From: Candidatus Hydrogenedentota bacterium
GTDB taxonomy: Bacteria > Hydrogenedentota > Hydrogenedentia > Hydrogenedentales > SLHB01
Length of the DNA stretch: 64,000 nt
Direction of reading: 5' to 3'
Assembly: GCA_963674865.2 (NCBI GenBank)
Contig: CAXXYE010000009.1
Coordinates: 544,001-608,000 of the forward strand
This document shows, piece after piece, positions 18,416 through 28,742 of the stretch. Position 1 is the stretch's first letter. Each line of letters begins with the position of its first letter. Position numbers and translations under genes: made by a program. A model generated the notes under the pieces. It was not told the origin of the DNA. It ran no database searches and saw only the letters and a list, made by a program, of their open reading frames with translations.

Positions 18416-19063
18416 ATGGCGCTAGGAAACCACAAGCACATCATTTGGGACTGGAACGGCACGCTGTTCGACGACGCCGCGCTGTGCGTGTCGATCATGA
18501 ACGGCATGCTCGAACGCCGGGGCCTTCCCGCGCTGACGCTCGGGCGCTACCGGGCGTGCTTCGATTTCCCCGTGATCGATTACTACCGGCGGGTGGGATT
18601 CGACTTCGCCCGGGAGTCTTGGGAGGCGGCTGCGGCGGAGTTCATGGCGGACTACTACGCCCGCTGGCGGGAATGCGTCCTCCACCCCGGCGTGGAGGAC
18701 GCCCTCGAAGCGGCGGCCGCGGCTGGGGCGGCGCAGTCGGTACTCTCCGCGGCGCCGCATCCGTGGCTTGAAGTGGCGGTAGACTATTTCGGCTTGCGGC
18801 GGCGCTTCACGGATCTTCTCGGAAAGGATGATCACTTCGCCCGTGGCAAGCACGACACGGCGGGTGGATGGCTGCGGGAGCGGGCCTTTGAGCCGGGCGA
18901 AGTCCTCATGATCGGCGACACCACCCACGACTGGGACGTCGCCCGATCCATCGGCGCCGACTGCGTGCTCGTCCGCATCGGCCACCATCCCCCCGAGAAA
19001 CTGGCATCCTGCGGCGTGCCTGTGTTCGGGGGCCTGACGGAGCTGGCTGCGGCGCTGGATTAA
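18416..19063 (+). CDS. HAD-family phosphatase (phosphoglycolate phosphatase-like)
   Basis: IWDWNGTL, LSA, K, MIGDTTHD motifs; ATG 18416. Confidence 0.9.
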   Translation: MALGNHKHIIWDWNGTLFDDAALCVSIMNGMLERRGLPALTLGRYRACFDFPVIDYYRRVGFDFARESWEAAAAEFMADYYARWRECVLHPGVEDALEAAAAAGAAQSVLSAAPHPWLEVAVDYFGLRRRFTDLLGKDDHFARGKHDTAGGWLRERAFEPGEVLMIGDTTHDWDVARSIGADCVLVRIGHHPPEKLASCGVPVFGGLTELAAALD

Positions 19064-19335
19064 GAGAGGGGCGTGCTCCTGCACGTCCAAGTCGCGCGGG
19101 AGCGCGGCCCTCCCAGCGTTTCTCGGTGGCTCCGGATTAGAACATGCCCCCGACTAAGCCTGCGATGTGGCCCGTGGCTAGGCGCGTTGCCCTTCTTGCG
19201 CGAGGCAGAGATATCCGCGAGAATGACGGCGTGCGGACAGATGTCCCGCAGGGGGAAGCGCACGGCCCTACAGGCCCGTGGCGCGTGGCAAGTCATGCGG
19301 ACACCAGACACGACGGGATTTCGGGAGAGGGGACT

Positions 19336-19988
19336 ATGGCCGAGCGGCGAATCGTATTCCGCCCCAGCTTCTTCGGCCTCCTGTCCGCCATTCCGAACTT
19401 CGCCATCGCCTCGACGTTCCTGATCACATGGATCGACCCCGAGCGCCTCGGCGAGCAAATGGTTCGCCGCTTTATGTACATCATGCTTATCGAGTTCTTG
19501 GTGGTGCATTCGACGGGATTTCTGGGCGCTTTGGCCTTCTCGACGGCGAGACGCAGGCGCAAGGCTCTCGCGTTTGGCGGCCTCGTCCTGCTCTACTCGC
19601 TCTTCGCGGCAGGCTTCTCGATGGCCCACGGGAGTTTCTGGCCTCTGTGGACGTTCTGGGGGCTTACCTTGGCCAAGTTCCCCGCCGTCGTCCTCGATCC
19701 GCCTCCTGAAAACGGGCCCCAAAACGTGGGATGCCTCTGGCCGTCATGGTGGGCGCTTACGTGTTCGGTGTGTTTGCCACGATAGTGCTGCCGGTGCCGC
19801 GGCTTGGCATCACTCCGGAGGTCGTTGCCGGCCAAGGATTCACGTCCTCCGGCGCCTGGATCGAGGAGCCGCAACGCGTCATCGCCTTCGGCGTGCTGTA
19901 CTTCACCATCCTCGGCTTGTTCGAGTCTCTCGTACGCGCACGCCCCGGCATGTCGTCATCGGAGCCCGCGGCCCCGGAGCAAGTCTGA
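19336..19988 (+). pseudogene. Membrane protein split by a frameshift near 19710-19735 (pseudogene or sequencing indel)
   Basis: TM-rich frame from 19336 degrades after PPPENG; TM-rich text resumes in the 19731-19988 frame; short homopolymer runs at the junction. Confidence 0.6.
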
Positions 19989-19996
19989 GGTACTCA

Positions 19997-20066
19997 GAAA
20001 AACGCGGGACAGACACGTCTCCGTCCGCCTGAGGCGGACTTCACTTGTGTCAGTCCCCGTTTTCCG
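19997..20066. repeat. About 70-bp palindromic MITE/REP-like element, copy 2 (inverted)
   Basis: GGGACAGACAC...GTCCGCCTGAGGCGGAC...GTGTCAGTCCCC. Confidence 0.75.
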
Positions 20067-20118
20067 CTTCTCGAGACGTCCCTCTTCGCTCGGTCCTAAG
20101 TGGGTCGGACTCATGCCG

Positions 20119-21186
20119 CTAGAATCGCAGCTCCCGGATGCGGTCGAGGTAATAGCGGTAATTGTCCAGGGGGGTGTCGGGGGTGATGAGGTGGTCGGGC
20201 ATCGGCAGGAAGCCGCCCTCGGCCATCAGCGGTTTCCGCCGCTCGATCTCGGCGTCAATCGAGGCGCGATCCCGCTCCAGCACAAGCTTGTTGATCCCAC
20301 CTATCACCTTCAGTTCCTTGCCGTATTTTCGGCGATAGGCCATCGGGTCGGCGTTCCAGGTGCCGATCTCGATGGGGAACATGACGTTGACGCCGCCCTT
20401 CAGCCAGAGCGGCACGAGTTCGTCGACCTTGCCGTCGGAGTCGACGGCGTGCAGGTCGCAGCCGTACTTCAGTAGCGTGTCGGAGATCTTCCGGTACGCT
20501 GGTACCGCCGCCAGCTCGAACACGTTCGGCGGGATCAGCGGCCCCGTCTTGAAGCAGATATCCTCCCAGGCCCACGCGATATCCACCTTCACCTTCGGCA
20601 GCACCTGTTCGTAGCACCAACACACAAGGTCGGCGATGGTATCGGCGACTTCCGCGATGAACTCCGGGTCCTCGCAGCAGGCGACGCAGAAGTTCTGCAC
20701 GCCCATCCAATTGCGCAGCCATCCCACCATGCTCGCCGAAGTGATGGTGATGAACGTATCACTGGCCTTGGCGGCTGCGATCTTGGCGTCGATATCGGGC
20801 GCAATACGCGCCGGATCCGGCTGCAAGCGCTTCTTGTATTCCGGCCAGGCCGAGCGATCCTTCAGAAGGAAATCGATGTAATGGGGCAAGGCCGATTGAT
20901 CCTTGTAGTGCTGGGCGACCACCCCGTCCGACTGGCGGAAGATGCGATGCGTGGGCGTTTCCTCGATGGTTTCTTCCTCGAAAAGCGGATAGAGCTGAGC
21001 GTTGATGGGGATGCCGTGTCCGGACTGTGATACGGCGCCGAAGAACTCGTGTTCGTTCACGCCCTCCGGCAAGCCTTGCGCATGCCAGCGCGGGTAGAGT
21101 TCCGGCCAGCCCCGCCAGTGGAACACGGGCATCCGATCGAACTCCCCATAGTGCATGATGTTGTTGAACAATTCCCGCGTTTTCAT
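20119..21186 (-). CDS. URO-D / methylcobamide methyltransferase superfamily protein, paralog of 15384-16538
   Basis: DRMPV, WEDICFKTGPLI, DSDG, FPIEIGTW, GGFLPMPDH. Confidence 0.85.
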   Translation of the reverse strand: MKTRELFNNIMHYGEFDRMPVFHWRGWPELYPRWHAQGLPEGVNEHEFFGAVSQSGHGIPINAQLYPLFEEETIEETPTHRIFRQSDGVVAQHYKDQSALPHYIDFLLKDRSAWPEYKKRLQPDPARIAPDIDAKIAAAKASDTFITITSASMVGWLRNWMGVQNFCVACCEDPEFIAEVADTIADLVCWCYEQVLPKVKVDIAWAWEDICFKTGPLIPPNVFELAAVPAYRKISDTLLKYGCDLHAVDSDGKVDELVPLWLKGGVNVMFPIEIGTWNADPMAYRRKYGKELKVIGGINKLVLERDRASIDAEIERRKPLMAEGGFLPMPDHLITPDTPLDNYRYYLDRIRELRF

Positions 21187-21310
21187 ACCTCTCTCCTAAT
21201 CAGGCCGCCTGCCCGAGGATTCTGCCCCGCTCCCGTACCATTTTCAAGGTGTCATTGAGGGCCTTCCTCTTTCCTTGGTACAATGAGCCCTTGATCTAGG
21301 AGCGAGTTCA

Positions 21311-22075
21311 GTGGCCCTCACGCCGGACCAGCGCGCGCGGTATGCTCGTAACCTGCTCGTCCCCGGCATCGGCGAGGCCGGCCAAGAGCGGCTTGGGCAG
21401 GCACGTGTCTTGATCGTAGGACTGGGCGGCCTGGGCAGTCCGGCGGCGTTGTACCTGGCCGCGGCCGGGATCGGCACGCTCGGCCTGCTCGACCCCGACG
21501 TGGTGGAGCCATCGAACCTGCAACGCCAGATCCTGCACACGACTCCGCGCGAGGGCTGGAAGAAGACGGATTCCGCGGCGGCGGCGATCGGCGCGTTGAA
21601 TCCCGAGGTCCGGCTTGATCTGCTGCCCATCCGGCTGACGGCGGAGAATGCGGGCGAGTTGTTGTCGAACTACGACCTCGTTGTCGAAGCCACGGACAGC
21701 TTTGAATCGAAATTCCTGGTTAATGATCAGTGTTTGGCACTTGAGAAGCCCTTTTCGACCGCGGGCATTCTCGCCTTGTCAGGCCATGTCCTGTTCGTGG
21801 TGCCGGGGCGGAGCCCGTGCCTCCGGTGCGCCTTTCCTGAGACGCCCACCGGTGAGCCGACAACGGCCGAACTGGGCGTCCTGGGCGCGGTGCCGGGCGT
21901 GTTAGGCGCGCTCGAAGCCATGGAAGCGATCCGATGGATCGCCGGGCTTTGGCGACCCCGGCCGGACGGGAGCGGGCGACTGCACAGCCTGGACGGAGAG
22001 GCGATGCACGTGAGTACGCTGCCCATTCCCCGGCGGCCATCCTGCCGCTGCGCTGAGTTATGGAGAGATAGGTGA
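21311..22075 (+). CDS. thiF: ThiF/MoeB family adenylyltransferase
   Basis: GLGGLG, SNLQRQ, CLRC; first gene of the thi operon. Confidence 0.85.
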   Translation: MALTPDQRARYARNLLVPGIGEAGQERLGQARVLIVGLGGLGSPAALYLAAAGIGTLGLLDPDVVEPSNLQRQILHTTPREGWKKTDSAAAAIGALNPEVRLDLLPIRLTAENAGELLSNYDLVVEATDSFESKFLVNDQCLALEKPFSTAGILALSGHVLFVVPGRSPCLRCAFPETPTGEPTTAELGVLGAVPGVLGALEAMEAIRWIAGLWRPRPDGSGRLHSLDGEAMHVSTLPIPRRPSCRCAELWRDR

Positions 22076-22851
22076 ACGAAGACTACCTGGAGATTGCGGG
22101 GCGCCGATTTCAGTCGCGCCTGATGATAGGCACCGGGAAATTCCCCTCGGCCACGGCGTTGCGCGAGGCCATCGAGGCGTCCGGCTCGGAGATCGTGACG
22201 GTCGCCCTCCGGCGCGTGGATCTAAGCAAGCCGGACGATGAGGGCATCCTTTCCGCCATCGATCCCGAGAGGCAACTCATCCTGCCCAATACCTCCGGCG
22301 CGCGCAACGCGGAAGAAGCCGTCCGCTTGGCCAAGCTCGCTCGCGCGGCCGGGCTTGAGCCTTGGGTGAAACTCGAGTTGACGCCCGAGCCGCGTTATCT
22401 GCTGCCGGATCCTATCGAAACACTCCGCGCGGCAGAGATGCTGCTTAAAGAAGGCTTCGTGGTACTGCCCTACATCCAGGCCGATCCCGTCCTCGCTAAG
22501 AAGTTGGAGGAGGCGGGCACGGCCACGGTGATGCCACTCGGCGCGCCCATCGGCAGCAACCGCGGCCTTCGGACGCGCGATCAGATTCGGATCATCATCG
22601 AGCAGGCCAACATCCCCGTGGTCGTCGATGCGGGCCTTGGCGCGCCTTCTCACGCCGCCGAAGCCATGGAACTTGGCGCGGACGCCGTGCTCGTGAATAC
22701 CGCCTTGTCCGACGCGCGGGATCACGGCGCCATGGCCCGGGCCTTCGCCATGGCCACGGAAGCCGGCCGCTTGGCCTATCGCGCCGGCTTGGGTCCCGTC
22801 CGAGACACCGCCGAGGCTTCCTCACCCCTGACGGGTTTCCTGGAGGCGTAG
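22072..22851 (+). CDS. thiG: Thiazole synthase
   Basis: [33 protein letters not shown]. Confidence 0.97.
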   Translation: MNEDYLEIAGRRFQSRLMIGTGKFPSATALREAIEASGSEIVTVALRRVDLSKPDDEGILSAIDPERQLILPNTSGARNAEEAVRLAKLARAAGLEPWVKLELTPEPRYLLPDPIETLRAAEMLLKEGFVVLPYIQADPVLAKKLEEAGTATVMPLGAPIGSNRGLRTRDQIRIIIEQANIPVVVDAGLGAPSHAAEAMELGADAVLVNTALSDARDHGAMARAFAMATEAGRLAYRAGLGPVRDTAEASSPLTGFLEA

Positions 22852-22875
22852 CGCCGTGGAACACGGAGGCCCGCA

Positions 22876-24009
22876 GTGAGTTTTCTTGCCGAATTGGACG
22901 CTTGGCCGCGGGAGCGGGTCGAGGACCTCATCCATCGTGCCACACTTGACGATGTGGATCGCGCCATCGCTCGCGAAGAGCGCACCGTCGAGGATCTAGC
23001 GGCCCTTTTGTCCCCCTGCGTGGCGGAGCGGCTCGAGACTGTCGCCGGGGAGGCCCAGCGGCTTACCCGGTGGCATTTCGGGCGGACTATCGGCCTTTAC
23101 GCGCCCATCTACATCTCGAACATCTGCGAGGCCAACTGCCTCTATTGCGGCTATGCTACCGGCTCAGGAAACAAGGAGAAGCGCGTGACGCTTACGCCGG
23201 AGCAGATTCGCCGCGAATGCGAGGCATTGGCCGCATATGGCTTCCAGAACGTCCTGCTACTTACGGGGGAGGCGCCAACCGTGGCTACGATGGAGTACAT
23301 CGGGGAGGGCGTGGCCATTGCCCGCGAGCACTTCCCCGCCGTATCCATCGAGATGTACGCCATGACGTACGAGCAATACGCCTACCTCTGCCGGCGGGGC
23401 CTCGAAGGCGTGACCCTCTACATCGAGACGTACGACCGCCCTACCTATGCCCGTGTGCACCAGGGCGGCGTCAAGAAGGACTTTCTGCACAGGCTTGACG
23501 CCATCGAGCGTGCAGGCCGGGCGGGCGCGCGTCGACTGAGCATCGGCGCCCTTCTGGGCCTCTCGGACTGGCGTGTCGAGGGCTTCCGGCTCGGGCTGCA
23601 TGCCCGCTACCTGCAGAAGCAATGCTGGCAGAGCGCCGTCGCCCTATCGTTTCCGCGTCTGAGAAATGTGCCGACGCGGTTTGCGATCCCGCGCCTCCTG
23701 AGCGACCGCGAGCTTGTCCAGCTCATGCTCGCACTGCGACTCTTTCTTCCTGAAGCGGGCTTCAATCTGTCCACGCGCGAGCCCGCCGAATTGCGCGATC
23801 ATCTAATCCCGCTGGGCGTGACGATGATGAGCGCCGGGTCGTCGACCCGTCCGGGGGGCTACGCCGCACACGCGCGTGAGACGCTCGAACAATTCGCCAT
23901 CGAGGATACGCGGCCGCCCGAGGCCGTCGTCCAGGCTATCAGGAGCACGGGATACGACCCCGTGTGGAAAGACTTCGACTGGGCCTACGACGCCGTGGAA
24001 AACGAATGA
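22876..24009 (+). CDS. thiH: 2-iminoacetate synthase (radical SAM)
   Basis: YAPIYISNICEANCLYCG, FPRLR, LSTRE, SAGSSTRPGGY, PVWKD. Confidence 0.96.
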   Translation: MSFLAELDAWPRERVEDLIHRATLDDVDRAIAREERTVEDLAALLSPCVAERLETVAGEAQRLTRWHFGRTIGLYAPIYISNICEANCLYCGYATGSGNKEKRVTLTPEQIRRECEALAAYGFQNVLLLTGEAPTVATMEYIGEGVAIAREHFPAVSIEMYAMTYEQYAYLCRRGLEGVTLYIETYDRPTYARVHQGGVKKDFLHRLDAIERAGRAGARRLSIGALLGLSDWRVEGFRLGLHARYLQKQCWQSAVALSFPRLRNVPTRFAIPRLLSDRELVQLMLALRLFLPEAGFNLSTREPAELRDHLIPLGVTMMSAGSSTRPGGYAAHARETLEQFAIEDTRPPEAVVQAIRSTGYDPVWKDFDWAYDAVENE

Positions 24010-24042
24010 CGCGGGCCGCGCGGCCAACCTTGGGAGTGCTGC

Positions 24043-24243
24043 ATGACCATCACGGTGAATGATCAAGCGCGAGATGTCCCCGAGGGGACGTCCGTCGCGG
24101 ATCTGCTCGCTTCGCTCGGGCTCAAGCCCCAGGCTATGGTGGTCCAATGCAATGGCGACATCCTCGAGCGCGAGCGGTATGGCGCCACGGTGTTGCACGA
24201 GAATGACGCGCTGGAACTGGTGCGCTTCGTAGGGGGTGGATAA
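24043..24243 (+). CDS. thiS: Sulfur carrier protein
   Basis: 66 aa ending in FVGGG. Confidence 0.95.
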   Translation: MTITVNDQARDVPEGTSVADLLASLGLKPQAMVVQCNGDILERERYGATVLHENDALELVRFVGGG

Positions 24244-24887
24244 TGACTCACGGTGAGCGCATGGCGCGATTCGAGAAGACGGATTTGTACGTGGTGATCA
24301 CCGAGGCATTCTGCGCGGGCCGGCCCGCCCTCGAGATCCTGGACGCGGCCCTCGCCGCGGGCGTGGGCATCGTGCAATTTCGGGAGAAGGACCTCGACAC
24401 CGGCGAGCTATGCGAGCGGGGCCTGGCGTTTCGGCAACGAACCGCCGATGCGGGTGCGCTTCTCATCGTGGACGACCGCCTCGACGTGGCCCTCGCTATC
24501 GGCGCCGACGGCGTCCATCTCGGCCAGGAGGATCTGCCCTTCGAGGCAGCCAGACGCGTCGCCCCCGGCCTGATCGTCGGCGCGTCGACTCATAATCCCG
24601 AGGAGGCTTGTGCCGCACAGGCGGCCGGCGCCAGCTACGTCAACATCGGGCCGGTGTTTCCCACGGGCACGAAGGCCCTGGGCATAGGCAGCGTAGGCAC
24701 GGGCATGATCGAACGCGTCACGCCCGAACTCGCAATACCTTTCACGGTGATGGGGGGAATTACTCTTGAGAACGTGGGCCAGGTGGTCGAACGCGGTGCA
24801 CGGCACGTCGCCGTCGTCACCGCCGTCACCGCCGCCGAAGATCCCCAGTCCGCCGCCGCCGCCCTACGGCAAGCCATTCGCGGCTGA
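24243..24887 (+). CDS. thiE: Thiamine phosphate synthase
   Basis: QFREK, DGVHLGQED, GASTH, GPVFPTGTK, GGI. Confidence 0.95.
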   Translation: MTHGERMARFEKTDLYVVITEAFCAGRPALEILDAALAAGVGIVQFREKDLDTGELCERGLAFRQRTADAGALLIVDDRLDVALAIGADGVHLGQEDLPFEAARRVAPGLIVGASTHNPEEACAAQAAGASYVNIGPVFPTGTKALGIGSVGTGMIERVTPELAIPFTVMGGITLENVGQVVERGARHVAVVTAVTAAEDPQSAAAALRQAIRG

Positions 24888-24900
24888 CGCAGCGTTCCCG

Positions 24901-26406
24901 CTACACGGCCGCCATCGCTTCGCCCGTCGCCAGGCGCATGATCGCCTCTTGCGATGCCTCAGAGCGGGACAGTTCGCCCGCCAACCGGCCCTCGTGCATG
25001 ACGAGAATCCGATCGCACATGCCCAGCACCTCCGGCAATTCGCTCGATATCATCAGGATGCACACCCCCCGGGCGACTAGTTCATTCATGAGTCTGTAGA
25101 TCTCGACCTTTGCGCCCACGTCGATGCCACGCGTCGGCTCGTCGAAGATCAGTATGCGCGACTCCGTAAAAAGCCACTTGGCGAGCACGACTTTCTGCTG
25201 GTTGCCGCCGCTCAGGTTCTGCACAACCTGCTCGATGGAGGGCGTCTTGATACGAAGCTCCTCGACAAACTGCCGCGCGGCCTGTTGCTCGCGCCGACGC
25301 GCTACAAAAGGCCCACAAACCACGGATTTCAGATTCGCCAGTGTCGTGTTCTCGCGCACCGTCATATTCAGGACAAGTCCTTGGGCTTTCCGATCCTCGG
25401 TGAGCAGCCCGATACCGCGGCGGATCGCATCTTGCGGAGAGCGAATCACGACAGGCGAGCCGTCAAGCAGGACCCGCCCCCCATCCAACCTGTCCGCGCC
25501 GAAAATCGCCCGGGCAACCTCCGTCCGACCCGCGCCCACCAGGCCGGTAAGGCCGACGATCTCGCCCCGGTGCAGACTGAAAGACACGTCCTCGAAGGCG
25601 CCATGTCGCGCCAAACCTTCGACGCGCAGGCCCTCCTCGCCCCGGGCACATGCCACTTTCGGGAACTCATCCTTCAGCGTGCGGCCCACCATCATTCTGA
25701 TGATGTCCTCCCGCGTTACCTCGCTTACCGCCTTCGTCGCTACGAACTCGCCATCCCGCATAACCGTCACGCGATCGCCCACCTCGAAGATCTCGTCCAA
25801 GCGGTGCGAGATATAGATCAGGCCAATAGCCTCCTTTTTCAGATTCCGCATCAATTCAAACAGCGCCGCCAGTTCGTGCTCCGTCAGGGTCGCGGAGGGC
25901 TCATCCATGATGATGACTCGCGCATGAAACGAAAGGGCCTTGGCGATTTCGACCATCTGCTGCTGCGCGACGCTGCACTCGTTGACGGGCTTGCGCACGT
26001 CCATGCTCACGCCGATGCGCGCGAGAATATCGCGCGCGTCCTGGTAGAGTCTGCTCCAATTGACGAACGGCGTCGATCCGACGCGCGGCTCTCGGCCCAA
26101 GAAGATGTTCTCCGCCACACTTAGATAGGGGCTTAGATTGAACTCCTGGTAGATCATGCTGATGCCCAGTTGCTGCGCATGGTGGGGCGAATGAATTTGC
26201 ACGGGAACGCCCGAGAGGCGGATTGTTCCCTCGTCAAGAGTCTCAGCTCCCGCCAGGATCTTCATCAGCGTGGACTTCCCTGCGCCGTTTTCCCCCACGA
26301 GGCAATGGACCTCGCCGGGCCGCAGATCGAGCCGCGCCTTGTCGACGGCGAGCACGCCGGGAAAGCGCTTCGTGATGTCCGTCATTTCCAACAGCAAATC
26401 GCTCAC
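24901..26406 (-). CDS. Sugar ABC transporter ATP-binding protein (RbsA/MglA type)
   Basis: GENGAGKST, MDEPS, LSGGNQQK, DEPTRGIDVG; two ABC domains. Confidence 0.95.
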   Translation of the reverse strand: MSDLLLEMTDITKRFPGVLAVDKARLDLRPGEVHCLVGENGAGKSTLMKILAGAETLDEGTIRLSGVPVQIHSPHHAQQLGISMIYQEFNLSPYLSVAENIFLGREPRVGSTPFVNWSRLYQDARDILARIGVSMDVRKPVNECSVAQQQMVEIAKALSFHARVIIMDEPSATLTEHELAALFELMRNLKKEAIGLIYISHRLDEIFEVGDRVTVMRDGEFVATKAVSEVTREDIIRMMVGRTLKDEFPKVACARGEEGLRVEGLARHGAFEDVSFSLHRGEIVGLTGLVGAGRTEVARAIFGADRLDGGRVLLDGSPVVIRSPQDAIRRGIGLLTEDRKAQGLVLNMTVRENTTLANLKSVVCGPFVARRREQQAARQFVEELRIKTPSIEQVVQNLSGGNQQKVVLAKWLFTESRILIFDEPTRGIDVGAKVEIYRLMNELVARGVCILMISSELPEVLGMCDRILVMHEGRLAGELSRSEASQEAIMRLATGEAMAAV

Positions 26407-26615
26407 GAATCACCTTCTCCCAACTGAAGCATCTCCACTTGTCACGGCCATGCTTGCGCGTACCTACTCTACTGTCCCGCCCGGCGCCCTGGCAAGCTTG
26501 AGGCCTATGGGGCTTGCGCGCTCGAGACGGTTCCCGCTAGGATGGTGGCGCAGTCGAGGCCCGCGCCCGGAGGGAGGAAGTCAAGCCGGGCGCCCCAAGA
26601 GAGGTCGAATCCTTC

Positions 26616-28667
26616 ATGGTGCGCGTGAAATGCCCAAAGTGCGGACACGTCAACGACGAAGGCGCCGAGAAGTGCGTCCGCTGTGGGACGCCGCTGCTTA
26701 AGGTCCGCCTCGACATAAAACGGCCCGCCCCGCAGCCCAGGCCCGCATCCGCGCCGCAGATGCGCTTTCACAAGGATCAGGAAATTGCCGGAAGGTATAC
26801 CGTCATCGGCTTAATCGGCCGCGGTGGAATGGGCTCCATCTACAAAGTCCACGATAACACGCTTAACGAAACCGTCGCGCTCAAGACGCTGCTCCCACAT
26901 TTCATGCGCGATAAGGTCATCGTCGAGCGATTCTTCAACGAAGCGCGAATCGCCCGGCAGCTATCCCATCCCAACATCGTCCGTGTCCACGACATCGGCA
27001 CGGCCGGCGACGTCATCTACATCTCCATGGAGTATGTTGCGGGGCAATCGCTCCGGGGCAAGCTGGAGGCCATGCCGGCCGGCAAACGCCTGCCCGTCAA
27101 GACCGCCTTGCGCGTCATTGATGAGCTCTGCGCCGCCCTGGAATACGCCCACCACTACACCGTTCACCGCGATATCAAGCCCGAGAACATCATGCTCACT
27201 GAAGACGGCGCGGTGAAGCTCATGGATTTCGGCATCTCCAAGCTCATGGCCAGCGGCACCGTCACAGCCACTTCCATGATCATGGGCACACCGTATTACA
27301 TGTCGCCCGAGCAGCTTCGCGACAGCAGCCGCGTCGATGCGCGTGCCGATATCTACAGCGTGGGCGTCGTGCTATATGAGATCGTTACCGGCAGCCTCCC
27401 CACCGGCGTGCCCAAACCGGCTTCTCAGATCATGCACGAGGTCCCCCCAGCCCTTGACGCCATCGTCGCCAAGTGCGTGGATCCCGAGCCTGATGAACGG
27501 TACCAATCCGCGGGCGACCTGCGCGCCGCCCTGAGGCCCATACGAGAAATTGTAGACGTCCACGGCTCCGCGGCCCTTCCTGCCAGAAGGAGGGAGCGCC
27601 CCGCATCCACATCCGGGCGCCGCCTGTCGGGCGTGGTTTTGGTTCTTCTGACATTGCTTCTCGCCGGATTAGGACTCTGGGGACTCGAAAACCAACGTAA
27701 GCGCGCCGCCGAAGCCGTCCCCGAACCGTCGGCGCCGGCCATGAGCGCGGCGGAGCGCGAATTCGCTGATATAGCCGACATGATTGCGTGGATCGGCCCG
27801 CGTGTACGCGATGAGGCCAAGGGCAATGAGTTCATGGAGAAGGTCCTCAAGAGGGCCGATACGCTTTGGCAAACGGCGCAGGTTGCCTCCCAGCAGAACC
27901 GGCCCAAAGCGCTTGAGCAAGCGCGGCAGGCATTGCAGTGCTTTGTCGCCCCCGTCTTGTGTCCCCAGGACATGGTCTTCGTGCCTCCCGGCGACGTTCC
28001 CCTACGCGACGCGAATGGCGGCGGCTCAGTGAAGCTCGGCGGCTTCTTCATCGATCGTGTGGAGGTGAGCAATCGCCGGTTCGGGGAGTTCGCCGAGGAG
28101 CATTGGCGACTGCCTCCCAACTGGGATCCCAGCCAACCTGACGCGCCCGTCACCATGGTGACGCTTTACGATGCCCAAGCGTACGCCGCATCGCAAGGCA
28201 AGCAACTTCCCACGGAGGCCCAATGGGCACGGGCCGCTTACGGCGCTAAGGCCGCCCCTTTCCCGTGGGGAAAGGAATACGAGCCCGACAGCAGCAACGT
28301 CCGGGAGGACGAAGACGCGCGGCGCGCGGCCCCCGTCGGATCCTACGAGAAAGATCTGAGCCTCTTCGGGTGTTTCGATATGGTAGGGAATGTTTCGGAG
28401 TGGACGCGTTCAACTTTTGGGCCTTTACCTTACGCGCCCGGCGATGGACGGGAGGAGCCCGAAGCGCCTAACTTCGGAACACGTATAGCCGTTCGCGGCG
28501 GCAACTATAATGGAACACCGGAAGAAGCGTCGTTTCTCAATCGCTACTGGCGGCATTACGGCACAAAGGCGTCCGACTTGGGCTTCCGATGCGTGCGGGA
28601 ACTGCCCCGAACCGCGGAGGGCATTGAGGCCCTGCTCGCGCGCAGGGCTCCGGCAATCTCAGGTTGA
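26616..28667 (+). CDS. Ser/Thr protein kinase with zinc ribbon, TM helix and FGE/SUMF1 domain
   Basis: CPKC..CVRC; GRGGMG, HRDIKPEN, DFG, GTPYYMSPE; LPTEAQW, DMVGNVSEW, GFRC. Confidence 0.93.
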   Translation: MVRVKCPKCGHVNDEGAEKCVRCGTPLLKVRLDIKRPAPQPRPASAPQMRFHKDQEIAGRYTVIGLIGRGGMGSIYKVHDNTLNETVALKTLLPHFMRDKVIVERFFNEARIARQLSHPNIVRVHDIGTAGDVIYISMEYVAGQSLRGKLEAMPAGKRLPVKTALRVIDELCAALEYAHHYTVHRDIKPENIMLTEDGAVKLMDFGISKLMASGTVTATSMIMGTPYYMSPEQLRDSSRVDARADIYSVGVVLYEIVTGSLPTGVPKPASQIMHEVPPALDAIVAKCVDPEPDERYQSAGDLRAALRPIREIVDVHGSAALPARRRERPASTSGRRLSGVVLVLLTLLLAGLGLWGLENQRKRAAEAVPEPSAPAMSAAEREFADIADMIAWIGPRVRDEAKGNEFMEKVLKRADTLWQTAQVASQQNRPKALEQARQALQCFVAPVLCPQDMVFVPPGDVPLRDANGGGSVKLGGFFIDRVEVSNRRFGEFAEEHWRLPPNWDPSQPDAPVTMVTLYDAQAYAASQGKQLPTEAQWARAAYGAKAAPFPWGKEYEPDSSNVREDEDARRAAPVGSYEKDLSLFGCFDMVGNVSEWTRSTFGPLPYAPGDGREEPEAPNFGTRIAVRGGNYNGTPEEASFLNRYWRHYGTKASDLGFRCVRELPRTAEGIEALLARRAPAISG

Positions 28668-28692
28668 CAGTTCCAGCGCTTTGGAATAGAAT
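28664..28692 (+). promoter_or_regulatory. Sigma70 promoter
   Basis: TTGACA-17-TAGAAT, with -35 overlapping the kinase stop codon. Confidence 0.65.
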
Positions 28693-28742
28693 CCCTTTGA
28701 GTAGCGAAACGGCGCAACGCACTTAGGGCGGTTGAAGTTGTA

